A stretch of 64,000 nt of DNA from Candidatus Geothermarchaeota archaeon (GTDB lineage: Archaea; Thermoproteota; Nitrososphaeria; Geothermarchaeales; JDFR-13): contig WAKC01000001.1 of NCBI GenBank assembly GCA_015523605.1, positions 2,669-66,668 on the forward strand, given 5' to 3'. Numbering within the stretch: the stretch's first letter is position 1; each line of letters opens with the position of its first letter. The notes under the pieces were generated by a model. The model saw only the letters and a list, made by a program, of their open reading frames with translations. It was not told the DNA's origin and ran no database searches. This document shows, in pieces, positions 1 through 10,138 of the stretch. The translations under genes and the position numbers were made by a program.

Positions 1-389
1 CATTCCTGAAATATGAGAATGGTGAGAGTATTGTAGAGGCGGATAGCCCGACAAAAATGGGGGGCTCTGGGCTTAGACCCGATCCAGTACAATATTGTAT
101 GATGGGGTTGATAGCCTGCTATGCACAGACATATGTAGGGATTGCTGTAGAGAAGGGTGTAAAACTTACCAAGCTGAGGGTTGAGGCGATAAATAGGATA
201 AATCTTAGGAGACCTTTGGGAGTAGGTGAAGACCCTATCACAGAGGGTATAAAGCTCAAGGTATATGCTGAAGGAGCCTCTGAAGAGGTTCTAAAGGAGA
301 TAATGGATCTAGCTATGAAGAGATGTCCAGGGGTATACTGTGTGACGAACCCCATTCCTATCGAGCCACAGCTCAATCCAGAGGAGTAA
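1..389 (+). CDS. OsmC/Ohr-family peroxiredoxin-like protein, 5' partial (reading frame open to window edge, codons in phase with nt 3)
   Basis: Frame stays open upstream of the listed ATG at 57. It has the two conserved Cys contexts typical of OsmC (GLIACYAQTY and MKRCPGVY). Confidence 0.7.
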   Translation, partial: FLKYENGESIVEADSPTKMGGSGLRPDPVQYCMMGLIACYAQTYVGIAVEKGVKLTKLRVEAINRINLRRPLGVGEDPITEGIKLKVYAEGASEEVLKEIMDLAMKRCPGVYCVTNPIPIEPQLNPEE

Positions 390-403
390 CTCCTCTACAC
401 ATA

Positions 404-410
404 TTTTTTT
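404..410 (+). terminator. Oligo-T tract (T7) 15 nt after the OsmC stop
   Basis: Run of 7 T directly downstream of the TAA at 387-389. Archaeal terminators are oligo-T tracts. Confidence 0.4.
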
Positions 411-540
411 AACTGTAAATGCAGGATTTACATCTATGTAAACCTGTGAAAATATTGCGTGGGAATAGGGATTAATCATTAAATCATCCGCCCCGAATAT
501 ACACATTCAATTATACATGAGGCATTAGATTAATATCTAT

Positions 541-1338
541 GTGAGTATCCAGGATGTTATTGAGAAGTGTATAGTATGCCCAGGAATATGTACATATAAA
601 TGCCCCATTTTCAAATCAACGGATTATAGGGCCGCTGCACCTGTAAACATAGCTAGAGCAATATACTTCCAAGAATACCTGGACTTAGGAGGATTAAGGG
701 AATCCATTGGATACTGTACATTATGCGGGAAATGTAGGGAAGCATGTCCAATAAACAATCCCCTTCCAGAGGCGATCAAAACTCTTAGGAAGAAGCTGAT
801 AGAATCTGAGGAATTAGAGTTTAAACCTATCGAGCCAGCAATATATACTTCAAACTATCGAAGCCTCAGAGATACAATCAGATTAGGAGGTGAGGAATAT
901 ACTGTCATCGATACTTCGGAACTCTATATCCATGTATCCTATGGATATATTGAGAGAATATCACTGGAGACATCATATAATGAAGATCCAGACATCTTCC
1001 AAAACAACTATTCCATCGAATTACTTAGGAGGCTTGGATTAAAGATCTCTTTAGACAGCTACATACTACATAAACCATGTAAAATCGGATGGGAAAATAT
1101 AGACATGTTTAGAGATGTATTTGGTAAAGAGGAAGAAATATTAGAGATATGCTTAGGCGGCGGAGGCCTTGACCTAATATCCCCCAACCTATTAAAAAGA
1201 ATAAAAAGTAAGTTGAATAGCATAGATACAACCGTAATTACCCAATGTTGTAGGGCAGCCAAAAGGATGAGGGAGTGGGGGATAAAAGCATATACACCTA
1301 TCGAACTGGTGATACAATATGAAGCAACTGATAAATGA
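541..1338 (+). CDS. (Fe-S)-binding protein, short GlcF-like subunit
   Basis: GTG start. Two Cys clusters (CIVCPGICTYKCP and CTLCGKCREACP) and a degenerate CCG-like motif (TQCCRAAK). The stop overlaps the start of the FAD oxidase gene. Confidence 0.6.
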   Translation: MSIQDVIEKCIVCPGICTYKCPIFKSTDYRAAAPVNIARAIYFQEYLDLGGLRESIGYCTLCGKCREACPINNPLPEAIKTLRKKLIESEELEFKPIEPAIYTSNYRSLRDTIRLGGEEYTVIDTSELYIHVSYGYIERISLETSYNEDPDIFQNNYSIELLRRLGLKISLDSYILHKPCKIGWENIDMFRDVFGKEEEILEICLGGGGLDLISPNLLKRIKSKLNSIDTTVITQCCRAAKRMREWGIKAYTPIELVIQYEATDK

Positions 1339-2662
1339 ACTTAAGAAGATTGTAGGGGATGAATATGTCATCACAGACAAGGCGGGGTTAATACCATATA
1401 GTAGAGACTACAACCCAATATCCCTATACCTGGAGGTTAAGAAACTAAAGATTTCATATCCAAAGATAGCTGTGCAACCAGGAACTATACATGAGCTGCA
1501 GCAGATACTTGAGATAATTCCTAAATATAAGGTGAAGATGGGGGTATATGGAGGTGGCTCCGGAGTCTTACAGGCATATACCCCTGATGTAGATCTCGTT
1601 ATCGACCTATGTAGACTTAACTGGATAAGATGGTATGATGAGGAGTCCAGAATTCTATATCTAGGTCCGGGTGCATATTTAATAGAGGTGGAGGAGTGGC
1701 TAGGTAGGAGAGGATATACACTAGGCCATTATCCCCAGTCTATCCACGTAACAACGGTTGGTGGAGCCGTCGCCACAGGAAGTATAGGAATGTATTCATC
1801 TGGATACGGAGGGATAGAGGATCTCATAGTGGGTGTGGAGATAGCCACACCAAGATATGGAATCATTAGATATGGTCCTGTAGTCAGGGGGAATATCCCC
1901 CTACCACTCGATAAACTTATGGTAAACTCTGAGGGGAGGTTCGGAGTCATAACAGGGGTCTACCTAAAAGTATTCAGAAAACCTGATATCACATTGAAGG
2001 GTGTGGTTAAGATAAAATCTTTCTATGATGGTGTGGAGATCCTAAGAAGAATCATTGATTATAGGGTCTATCCACACCTAATCAGGCTCTTCGATGAATA
2101 TGAATCCTCGATTTATTTCCATAGTGATAAACCCGTGTTGATATATGGTCTACATGGATATAATGAAACATTGGAGTTGCTTATGAACTGGAAATCAACT
2201 CTGGATAGGATAGTGGATGGAGAACATATGGATGATAAATACTATGATGAATGGGTCAATAGTAGATATAGATATATCGATTACATCCATAGACTCTATA
2301 AAATGGGTATTATAGTCGATACGATGGAGTATGGAGTTCCATGGTCTAGGGTAAAAAAATTCAATGAAGAGATTAGAGGGAGGCTCCTTGAGAACCCCGG
2401 TATAGTATATCTATCTAGCCATATAAGCCATATACATACTACTGGATGTGGGATATACTACACCTTAGGTATAGATAGTGGGTCTATACAGGAGGAATAT
2501 ATGAATATCTGGAGGATAGCCCTTGAAACAGCCATAGAAAATGGATGTGATATAAGTCACCACCATGGAATCGGGAGGATAAGATATGAAGCCCTAAAAA
2601 GGATTTATGGAGAAGCAGGGGTAAAATTGATAGATGATATATCCAGACTCCTCGGCTTCTAA
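1319..2662 (+). CDS. FAD-linked oxidase (GlcD / D-lactate dehydrogenase-like)
   Basis: 447 aa with a PCMH-type FAD-binding N-domain (GGGSG, GGAVATGSIGM). C-terminal HHHGIG motif typical of FAD-linked oxidases. Overlaps the upstream Fe-S gene by 20 nt. Confidence 0.75.
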   Translation: MKQLINELKKIVGDEYVITDKAGLIPYSRDYNPISLYLEVKKLKISYPKIAVQPGTIHELQQILEIIPKYKVKMGVYGGGSGVLQAYTPDVDLVIDLCRLNWIRWYDEESRILYLGPGAYLIEVEEWLGRRGYTLGHYPQSIHVTTVGGAVATGSIGMYSSGYGGIEDLIVGVEIATPRYGIIRYGPVVRGNIPLPLDKLMVNSEGRFGVITGVYLKVFRKPDITLKGVVKIKSFYDGVEILRRIIDYRVYPHLIRLFDEYESSIYFHSDKPVLIYGLHGYNETLELLMNWKSTLDRIVDGEHMDDKYYDEWVNSRYRYIDYIHRLYKMGIIVDTMEYGVPWSRVKKFNEEIRGRLLENPGIVYLSSHISHIHTTGCGIYYTLGIDSGSIQEEYMNIWRIALETAIENGCDISHHHGIGRIRYEALKRIYGEAGVKLIDDISRLLGF

Positions 2663-2677
2663 CTCCAAACTCTTAAA

Positions 2678-3955
2678 TCAATTAAGTTTTTCAACCGCCT
2701 CTCTATATATCTCGATGACCCAGCTATATCGATCTGAAGATTCATATCTATATTTAACCGGCCTATACACATCGATGAAACTCTTCCAATCACCACCTCT
2801 ACGCATAATAAGATATAGATAGGCACCATATAGAGAAGCTCTATCATTACCATCCCTTACAACTACATCGACATCAGCAGATTCAGCTATCAATCGTGGG
2901 ATCAATGGATTCCCTACACCCCCTCCATCCAAATACACCTCCTTAAAATCTCTAATCTCCCGTAGAACCTCAATATACATCCCCACAGAACCCACTAGAG
3001 AGAGGACCACATCCCTCAAGGAATACCCCTCAGACTCTACATCTATAGCCTTCGGTGATAAGGTAGACCTTAGAAGAGGGGGATAAACCTTATAGGAGGA
3101 CTCTCCAATATCCACCTTAGATATAGATTCATATCCAAACCCAAACCTCTCCAAATATTTATCCAGTGATACACCCCAATCGAATATAAACCCTTCAGCC
3201 ATATAATGGGGGGTACCATCCATATAGAAAGACAACATGGGGTTAACCCCCTTATCTGGATCACCAATTAACTCTCCACCTGTATAGACATCGATAAAGG
3301 CACCAGTCCCCAGGGTAGCCTTTGAAACCTCAAGACCCTCCGATACCAATGAGGCTGATTGGTCAGGTATCATGAGGATTGGTACCCCCTCCTCAACACA
3401 CTCCCGGTATGAATCAACAAGTCTTGGGAGTCGGTCTATATCCAATTCAAGCCTCTCAATGAGGTAATCTATATACCTGGGTTCGATAGGGTCTAACAAG
3501 CCATATGGATAGGCATATGAATAGTCGACTATATACTCACCGGTTAAGAGCCACGCCACATAACTCTCGATACCGCCGACGTATCTATGGCCCCTCTCCT
3601 GTAGATATTTAATCCTAAGAGCCCCCGAACCAGGCCTAATAAAGAGATTCAACATGTAATCCTCTGGATCAAGATATTTCCGGCGATATTCTATATCGAT
3701 CTCAGATCTCCAGGTATATATATTACTAGATGCTCCAGAGGAATCCCACCCTATTATAGAGGCTCTCTGACCCGTAATAATATAAAGATCATACTTATTC
3801 CTAACATCTTCAGCAACCTCTCTAAAAAGGCTTGGATCTAGAATCCCATCCCCACCTACAACCTTAAATACTCTATACTCTCCAGCAGCCCCATCTACAA
3901 ATTCTAATGTCTTAAGCCTAGTAGAGCCCAAATCAAAAACAAATATCCTCTCCAT
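2678..3955 (-). CDS. FGGY-family carbohydrate kinase, short form (425 aa)
   Basis: N-terminal FVFDLGSTRLK (DxGxT phosphate-1 motif). ITGQRASIIGWD resembles the glycerol-kinase NQRET..W motif. C-terminal DGGG motif. Confidence 0.6.
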   Translation of the reverse strand: MERIFVFDLGSTRLKTLEFVDGAAGEYRVFKVVGGDGILDPSLFREVAEDVRNKYDLYIITGQRASIIGWDSSGASSNIYTWRSEIDIEYRRKYLDPEDYMLNLFIRPGSGALRIKYLQERGHRYVGGIESYVAWLLTGEYIVDYSYAYPYGLLDPIEPRYIDYLIERLELDIDRLPRLVDSYRECVEEGVPILMIPDQSASLVSEGLEVSKATLGTGAFIDVYTGGELIGDPDKGVNPMLSFYMDGTPHYMAEGFIFDWGVSLDKYLERFGFGYESISKVDIGESSYKVYPPLLRSTLSPKAIDVESEGYSLRDVVLSLVGSVGMYIEVLREIRDFKEVYLDGGGVGNPLIPRLIAESADVDVVVRDGNDRASLYGAYLYLIMRRGGDWKSFIDVYRPVKYRYESSDRYSWVIEIYREAVEKLN

Positions 3956-4063
3956 CTATACCCACTAAGAATATGTATTACCAAACTAACTATCAAATCA
4001 AGAGGATATAGAGGCTTTAATACGTTGATTATAGAAGGGACAACAACAATTATTATTGGTATT

Positions 4064-5116
4064 ATGAATAAAGTGCTCGTGATTGGAGCAGGGATAGTCG
4101 GCCTCTTCACAGCATATTACTTAAATAACAGGGGATACGAGGTAGAGGTTATTGAGAAGGAGGGAGAACTTGGTAAGGGGATATCAGGCAATAACGCAGG
4201 GGTACTACATCTGATACAGCAGCCATTCAACAGTATAAAATCTATACTCGCAAGAGAAGGCATAAAAAAGTATAGAGAGGTTGTAGATACACTAGAGATA
4301 GAATTATACGATACAAAACTTAGGATAGTAGGATTTACATACCTAGATAGGATCTATCTAAATCTAATTGCCTCTGTATTAGGGAGAAACGGATTCAAAG
4401 TATCTAAACATGACACTAGAGAATCGGGACTCCCAAATACCCTCAATAGAGGGATTAAATATTATATAGAGATCGATGGATACGGGATAGTCGAGCCTAA
4501 AATGGTTCTTGAGAGACTCAGTGAATACCTGGAGAGTAATGGTGTAGACATAAAACTCTCCACTACCGCCTATCAGGATGAGAAATATAGTTATATAGTG
4601 GTCGCCGCAGGGCCGCATACCTACTCCATCGGCGAGAAACTCGGAGATGATATACCAAAGCATAGGTATGGATTGGGGGTAATGATAGAAGTAGATATAA
4701 CCTTGGATTCAATATATGCTCTGCCACCTAACCCAATAAGGAGGTATACCAAGGGAGGGGCCGCCATCCCACATAAGGGATATACATTATTAGGACCCGG
4801 GTTTAAATGGGTTGATAACATAGAGGCTAGACCTGGGGAGAGGGATGTAGAAGAGGTATATAAAAGATTTGTAAGGATATTCAGAGAGCCTCCTAAAATA
4901 CTCTCAACCAGCTATGGGGTTAGACCGATAAATTATCCAAAGGATGACTTCATAATTAGGAAGAGGGGTAGATATATCTTCACATATGGGATAGACTCAC
5001 CCGGATTCACAGCAGCACCTGCAATAGGCATTATAATAGCGAATATGATTAGAGATGAAAACAAATCCCTCGAGATAACACGAGATAACCTTAAAATATA
5101 TATGGCTGAGCCATAA
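4064..5116 (+). CDS. FAD-dependent oxidoreductase (GlpA / LhgO / DAO family)
   Basis: Rossmann motif VLVIGAGIVGL..E directly after the ATG at 4064. The ORF-track start at 4025 is a TTG extension. SGNNAGVLH motif present. Confidence 0.7.
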   Translation: MNKVLVIGAGIVGLFTAYYLNNRGYEVEVIEKEGELGKGISGNNAGVLHLIQQPFNSIKSILAREGIKKYREVVDTLEIELYDTKLRIVGFTYLDRIYLNLIASVLGRNGFKVSKHDTRESGLPNTLNRGIKYYIEIDGYGIVEPKMVLERLSEYLESNGVDIKLSTTAYQDEKYSYIVVAAGPHTYSIGEKLGDDIPKHRYGLGVMIEVDITLDSIYALPPNPIRRYTKGGAAIPHKGYTLLGPGFKWVDNIEARPGERDVEEVYKRFVRIFREPPKILSTSYGVRPINYPKDDFIIRKRGRYIFTYGIDSPGFTAAPAIGIIIANMIRDENKSLEITRDNLKIYMAEP

Positions 5117-5245
5117 AGTCAATACCACACCAAGTGGGTATTATATAGTCTATATCTTGGTATTCAGTCTATACCAAACAGCGTTTAAGCATATACCAGC
5201 ACATTAATAGACAAAGTTCTACATAGAATATCAGGTGTTCATATA

Positions 5246-5416
5246 ATGCCAAAATTCGCATGTAAAGACCTGGGAATGGAATGTGGATGGGAGGCAGAGG
5301 CCGATACAATGGATGAATTAATGCAGAAGATAGCGGACCATGCAAAGCATGATCATGGAATGGAGGAGATACCTCCAGAGCTTGTCGAACAGGTTAAGAA
5401 GGTAATTAAGGATTAG
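5246..5416 (+). CDS. Small DUF1059-like protein (56 aa), below the ORF-track size cutoff
   Basis: Own translation: MPKFACKDLGMECGWEAEADTMDELMQKIADHAKHDHGMEEIPPELVEQVKKVIKD. The CKD.G..C start and HAK..HG pattern match DUF1059. A T-rich tract follows. Confidence 0.65.
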   Translation: MPKFACKDLGMECGWEAEADTMDELMQKIADHAKHDHGMEEIPPELVEQVKKVIKD

Positions 5417-5464
5417 AATAGGGATTTCCAGAATACTATCCAACAATTTTTTATTATCATTTCT

Positions 5465-6175
5465 TTAAAAGCCCCAGATCCTTCTACGGGCATCAACATC
5501 CTTCATAATGCCCTCTACATCACCCGAATATATGATCTCTCCACGGTCTATCCCATATACCCTATCTACAAGGTCTTGAATACGTTTTATATTCCCAGCC
5601 TCAGTAATTAAGATACCCAGGCCCTCAGACTTGATACCATTTATTATCCTGCGTACAGAGGCTACAATCTTTGGAGCCAGCCCTTCCAAAGGCTCATCCA
5701 AAAGTATAATCCTAGGCTTCATAACCAATGCCCTGGCAATAGCCAACATCTGCTGCTCACCCCCACTTAGGTGGATCCCCTTCCTATCCCTAATCTTCTT
5801 AAGCTCCGGAAAATACCTGAAGATATCCTCCAGGAGGTCATCTGGAGGGACGCCTCCATATGCAACCTCTAAATTCTCAATAACAGTAAGATCTGGAAAG
5901 ATAAACCTGCCTTGGGGTACTAGGGTAACACCTAGCCTAGCAATCTTATATGGTTTCATCCTACCCACATCTATGGTGGAGCCATCCCTCTCAATATATA
6001 TACTTCCCTCAGTAGGTCTAATCAAACCCATTATAGTCTTTAATGTAGTCGTCTTTCCGGCACCATTCCTACCAATTAGACCGACGACCTCACCCTCCCC
6101 AACCTCTAGGGAGACACCATTTAAAATCTTTACACCGCTTATATGGACATGGATATTATCTACTATTATCTTCAA
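5465..6175 (-). CDS. livF: Branched-chain amino acid ABC transporter ATP-binding protein
   Basis: Walker A GRNGAGKTT, signature LSGGEQQ, Walker B ILLDEP. Last gene of a 5-gene liv-type operon. Confidence 0.85.
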   Translation of the reverse strand: MKIIVDNIHVHISGVKILNGVSLEVGEGEVVGLIGRNGAGKTTTLKTIMGLIRPTEGSIYIERDGSTIDVGRMKPYKIARLGVTLVPQGRFIFPDLTVIENLEVAYGGVPPDDLLEDIFRYFPELKKIRDRKGIHLSGGEQQMLAIARALVMKPRIILLDEPLEGLAPKIVASVRRIINGIKSEGLGILITEAGNIKRIQDLVDRVYGIDRGEIIYSGDVEGIMKDVDARRRIWGF

Positions 6176-6954
6176 AGTACCTCACCCCCTAGATAGGCAG
6201 ATATAACTTCGGACATCTGTATAACTACATCCGGCTTATCATATGCCAGGACAGACCCGTCATACATAACCATAAGCATATCGGAGACCTCCCTAACAAC
6301 GTCTAGGTCATGCTCAACGACAATGAAGGATACATTCCTCTCCCTACGTAGACTCTTTATAAGATCAACCATCTCAAGCTTCTCCGAATAGGTGAGGCCA
6401 GAAGTCGGCTCATCCAAAAGCAGAACCCTAGGGCTCTGGGCAAATGAGAGGGCGATATCAAGCTTCTTACGCTCGCCATGGGACAACTCACTACCATATT
6501 TATCTATTACCTCCTCAAGCCTGAATATATTCACTACATTATCGACTATCTCTTCCACATCCTCATAAAATCCATATCCCCTGTTAAACCGGGTCATACG
6601 CTTCTTATAAGCCAATACGGCGAATCTAATGTTGTCCCTAACCGTCAGACCATCGAAGATATTAGGTATCTGGAAGCTTCGGCCGACACCCAAGAAGGTG
6701 ATGTAATATGGAGGCTTACCAGTGATATCTATTCTACCTCTCTCCCCATAGACGTAAACCCTACCATCATCCGGCTTTATAATGCCGCTCACGAGATTCA
6801 AGAGTGTAGTCTTCCCAGCACCATTAGGCCCGACTATAGATAGGATCTCACCCTGTGAGAGGGTGAATGAAACGTTATTAACTGCATGGACATTTCCAAA
6901 CCATTTATGGAGGGAGACTCCCCCCAAAACCACCTTATCTCCTTCCCCTGACAT
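6172..6954 (-). CDS. livG: Branched-chain amino acid ABC transporter ATP-binding protein
   Basis: Walker A GPNGAGKTT, LSHGERK, LLLDEPTSG. I prefer the ATG at 6954 over 6990 because the longer form overlaps livM extensively. Confidence 0.85.
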   Translation of the reverse strand: MSGEGDKVVLGGVSLHKWFGNVHAVNNVSFTLSQGEILSIVGPNGAGKTTLLNLVSGIIKPDDGRVYVYGERGRIDITGKPPYYITFLGVGRSFQIPNIFDGLTVRDNIRFAVLAYKKRMTRFNRGYGFYEDVEEIVDNVVNIFRLEEVIDKYGSELSHGERKKLDIALSFAQSPRVLLLDEPTSGLTYSEKLEMVDLIKSLRRERNVSFIVVEHDLDVVREVSDMLMVMYDGSVLAYDKPDVVIQMSEVISAYLGGEVL

Positions 6955-7867
6955 ATTCAACCACCCTATCGAAGATTCCGACAACCCCATATGGAGCTAG
7001 ATATACGAGGAGGGCGAGTATAATACCCAGTGTCAACTGCCAGAACTCGGTGAGATTCATAGCCTGGGTATTGATATATATGAATATCAAACCCCCTATA
7101 AAGGCTCCAAACATGTTTTTAGACCCGCCTATAATAGTCATTATAACTATTATGGCGCTGAACGTCCAGAAGGCTATATCCGGAGTTATGGCTCTATTCA
7201 AAGGGGCATATAATATACCTGCTACCGATAGATAGAAGGCACTCAAGACGAAACTTATAAGCCTGACCCTCCTGACATCCATGCCGAGAGCCTCAGCCCT
7301 ATATGGATTATCCCTAACCGCCTGGAAACCCAGGCCTAATGGGGTTCTAACGATCCACCAAGCAAGTAGAACTAGGAGAGCCACTATCATATAGACGAGG
7401 TAGTAATACTGCTCAATATCAGGTGGAAACCTAGGTATACCATATATCCCTTCATCACCACCTGTGATATCCCTAAGCTTTATAATCAATGCATATATCA
7501 ACTGTGCAAAAGCTAGGGTCAGCATCGCAAAATATATCTCCGTATGTTTAAGGCTTAGATAGCCAGTTACAACAGCAATTATAAAAGTAAGTGTGAAGGC
7601 TAGTAATATACTCAATACAGGATCGAGATTGAGTTTCACCAATCCAATCGCCAATCCATATGCACCTGCACTCCAGAACATCGCATGACCAAAGCTTATC
7701 AAGCCTGTATAACCATATAATATGTTGAATCCCACAGCCGCCAATCCATAGAGGAGGCCTACTGAGAGGAGCCTAACGTTATAAGTCGAAAGAAACTGGG
7801 GGATAACAGCTAGAAACATGAGTAACACAACCAGGGAATATAGTTCATTATCCCGAAGAATCTTCAT
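6935..7867 (-). CDS. livM: Branched-chain amino acid ABC transporter permease
   Basis: 310 aa polytopic membrane protein in the liv operon position. Overlaps livH by 4 nt. Confidence 0.8.
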   Translation of the reverse strand: MKILRDNELYSLVVLLMFLAVIPQFLSTYNVRLLSVGLLYGLAAVGFNILYGYTGLISFGHAMFWSAGAYGLAIGLVKLNLDPVLSILLAFTLTFIIAVVTGYLSLKHTEIYFAMLTLAFAQLIYALIIKLRDITGGDEGIYGIPRFPPDIEQYYYLVYMIVALLVLLAWWIVRTPLGLGFQAVRDNPYRAEALGMDVRRVRLISFVLSAFYLSVAGILYAPLNRAITPDIAFWTFSAIIVIMTIIGGSKNMFGAFIGGLIFIYINTQAMNLTEFWQLTLGIILALLVYLAPYGVVGIFDRVVEYVRGRR

Positions 7868-8760
7868 CTCCTCTCCCTCATCTCCATACCGAATAGACCA
7901 GTAGGTCTAAACATGAGGATAACGGCCATAATAACATATATCAATGCAATCTCAAAGACAGGGAAGAGGATAGCCATGAATACCCTGGAGAATCCAACTA
8001 TTAACGAACCTACAAAAGCTCCCAGGATACTCCCCATACCACCGATAACAATAACCGCGAAACTAAGTACTATAGCATCCCCACCCATACCTGGAGACGC
8101 TGTATAGAGAGGAACCGCAACACCTCCGGCAAGACCAGCTAATCCCGCACCAAGAGCAAAGGATAGAGCGAATAGCCTGTCAGTATTTATACCGAGGATG
8201 GATGATGTCTCTAGGCTATATGAGATCGCCCTCACCATCTTACCATATGTAGTCCTCGTAAAGAACCAATGGAGGAAGAGGCCCACACCAATGGCGATAA
8301 AAACGGTCAAGATGAAATATATTGGGATTTGATAATCGCCGACTGGAATACTCCAACCCGGTATCTTAGGAAATGCACGGTATTGAGCACCCCATATCAT
8401 CTTAACTATATCGTCCAAGATGAATATCAATGCAAAGGTTAGGAGAAGCTGTAGATCCTGAGGCTTATTATATAAAGGCTTCAATAAAACCCTCTCAATA
8501 AAGATACCTAGTCCAGCCACAACCAAGATCGATGCGAGATAAGCCAGTAACATCGAATACCAGCTCATCCCCAGCCATAGAATAGCAACTGTAAATGTAA
8601 CATAGGCTCCAAGCATATATAGAGCTCCATGAGCCAAATTCAATATCTTCATAATACCATAGATCAGACTTAAACCTGAGGATATTAGAAAGAGGATAGA
8701 GGCGAAGAAGAGTGCATTGAAGAACTGGACTATAAACAGGTTTATATCCATCACATACAC
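7864..8760 (-). CDS. livH: Branched-chain amino acid ABC transporter permease
   Basis: 298 aa polytopic membrane protein. N-terminus (..LSLIYGIMKILNLAHG) matches the LivH family pattern. Confidence 0.8.
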   Translation of the reverse strand: MYVMDINLFIVQFFNALFFASILFLISSGLSLIYGIMKILNLAHGALYMLGAYVTFTVAILWLGMSWYSMLLAYLASILVVAGLGIFIERVLLKPLYNKPQDLQLLLTFALIFILDDIVKMIWGAQYRAFPKIPGWSIPVGDYQIPIYFILTVFIAIGVGLFLHWFFTRTTYGKMVRAISYSLETSSILGINTDRLFALSFALGAGLAGLAGGVAVPLYTASPGMGGDAIVLSFAVIVIGGMGSILGAFVGSLIVGFSRVFMAILFPVFEIALIYVIMAVILMFRPTGLFGMEMRERR

Positions 8761-8797
8761 CTCTAGACAAAATTATATAAAAAATGGGGTGGAGAGA

Positions 8798-10138
8798 TCA
8801 ACAGCTCACCATCGTAGTCAGAGGCTCTGGGAATACCTTACCCGGTGGATAGATAACTAGATCGTCAAGTATAGGCATCGGATAGGTTGGACTTCCCTTC
8901 TTAAGCCTACCCCAGAAGACATCATAGAGACCCTGATGATCCTCAGGCCTGATATATACAGGTCCCATCGGGCCGGGGACGGTCAACCCCTCTAGAGCAG
9001 AGACTATATCATCGACCTCTGGCCAGGAGCCCTTCATAACATAGGCGGTCTCAATAGCCTTCTTAACAGCATATATGGCTGTATAGCTGGTGGCAGCAAC
9101 ATATGGGGGATAGCTTCCAGTCTTCCTCCTGAAATTCTCTACAAAGGCCTTGTTGAGAGGATATACATCATGAGGTGGATAGAGGAACCAGTATCTCCCA
9201 CTACCCCATACATCCACGCCCGTGGGGACATTATCATTACCTATAGCCTCCAAAGTATCTGTCGCACCCAACATAGCATTCATATAGACCTTTACAGAGT
9301 CGAAGAGACCCTTTGCAACAGCCTGCTTAAAGAAGGTTGCTGCATCACCACCCCATAAACTAGAGAATAGAAGGTCCGCGCCACTACCCTTAATCTGGTC
9401 TATATATGTTCCGTAGTCCGTCGTAAACAGCGGTGTATAGATAGGCTCTAGAAACTCTAGATCCGGCATCAACTCCTTCAACTTACCAGAGAATATGGCC
9501 CATGAATCATATCCATATGCATAGTCGGGACCTATATTGGCTACGACGCTAACCTCACCCTCATACAACTCCTTAACCAACTGAGCAGCCATAATATCGA
9601 TAGGCTCTTCATACATGCTAATCCTGAAGATATACTTCCTCTTGGCACACTCTGTAAGCTTGGGAGTAGCAGCATGGGTAACTATAAATGGGATTTGAAG
9701 CTCCTCCTCGACCAAAGGTATAACCTTCAACGCATCACCACTGCTATCAAGGCCCACGACAATCTCAGCGCCCTCGTCCTGAACCATCTTACTGATATTA
9801 TCTAGGACTCTCTCCCTATCAGCCTCATCCTTACTAGTCAACTCAATCTTCCTACCTAGAATACCGCCGTTATTATTAATCTCCTCGACAGCCAACTCGA
9901 TAGCGGCCGCAGCATTAGTACCATAAGTCCCAAGTGTACCGGTCATGAAATAGATATATCCAATCTTAAGAGGCTCATCGGGGATCCCGGGAAGTCCCTC
10001 AGTAGGAACCTCAACCTCCTTCTCCACAACCCTCTCCGGAGCCGTTAGAAACCCCAGCCCATAACCCACCGCTAGACCCGCTACACCCGCACCAGCCAGC
10101 TTAACCCAATCCCTCCTAGACTCAGAAACCTCAGTCAA
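8798..10138 (-). CDS. livK: ABC transporter substrate-binding protein (Leu/Ile/Val-binding family) with a twin-arginine-like signal
   Basis: Type I periplasmic-binding-fold sequence upstream of livHMGF. SESRRDWVKLAGAGVAGLAVG resembles a Tat signal. No ATG is available, so the start is uncertain: TTG at 10138 is preferred, and the longest ORF starts with GTG at 10186. Confidence 0.75.
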   Translation of the reverse strand: MTEVSESRRDWVKLAGAGVAGLAVGYGLGFLTAPERVVEKEVEVPTEGLPGIPDEPLKIGYIYFMTGTLGTYGTNAAAAIELAVEEINNNGGILGRKIELTSKDEADRERVLDNISKMVQDEGAEIVVGLDSSGDALKVIPLVEEELQIPFIVTHAATPKLTECAKRKYIFRISMYEEPIDIMAAQLVKELYEGEVSVVANIGPDYAYGYDSWAIFSGKLKELMPDLEFLEPIYTPLFTTDYGTYIDQIKGSGADLLFSSLWGGDAATFFKQAVAKGLFDSVKVYMNAMLGATDTLEAIGNDNVPTGVDVWGSGRYWFLYPPHDVYPLNKAFVENFRRKTGSYPPYVAATSYTAIYAVKKAIETAYVMKGSWPEVDDIVSALEGLTVPGPMGPVYIRPEDHQGLYDVFWGRLKKGSPTYPMPILDDLVIYPPGKVFPEPLTTMVSC

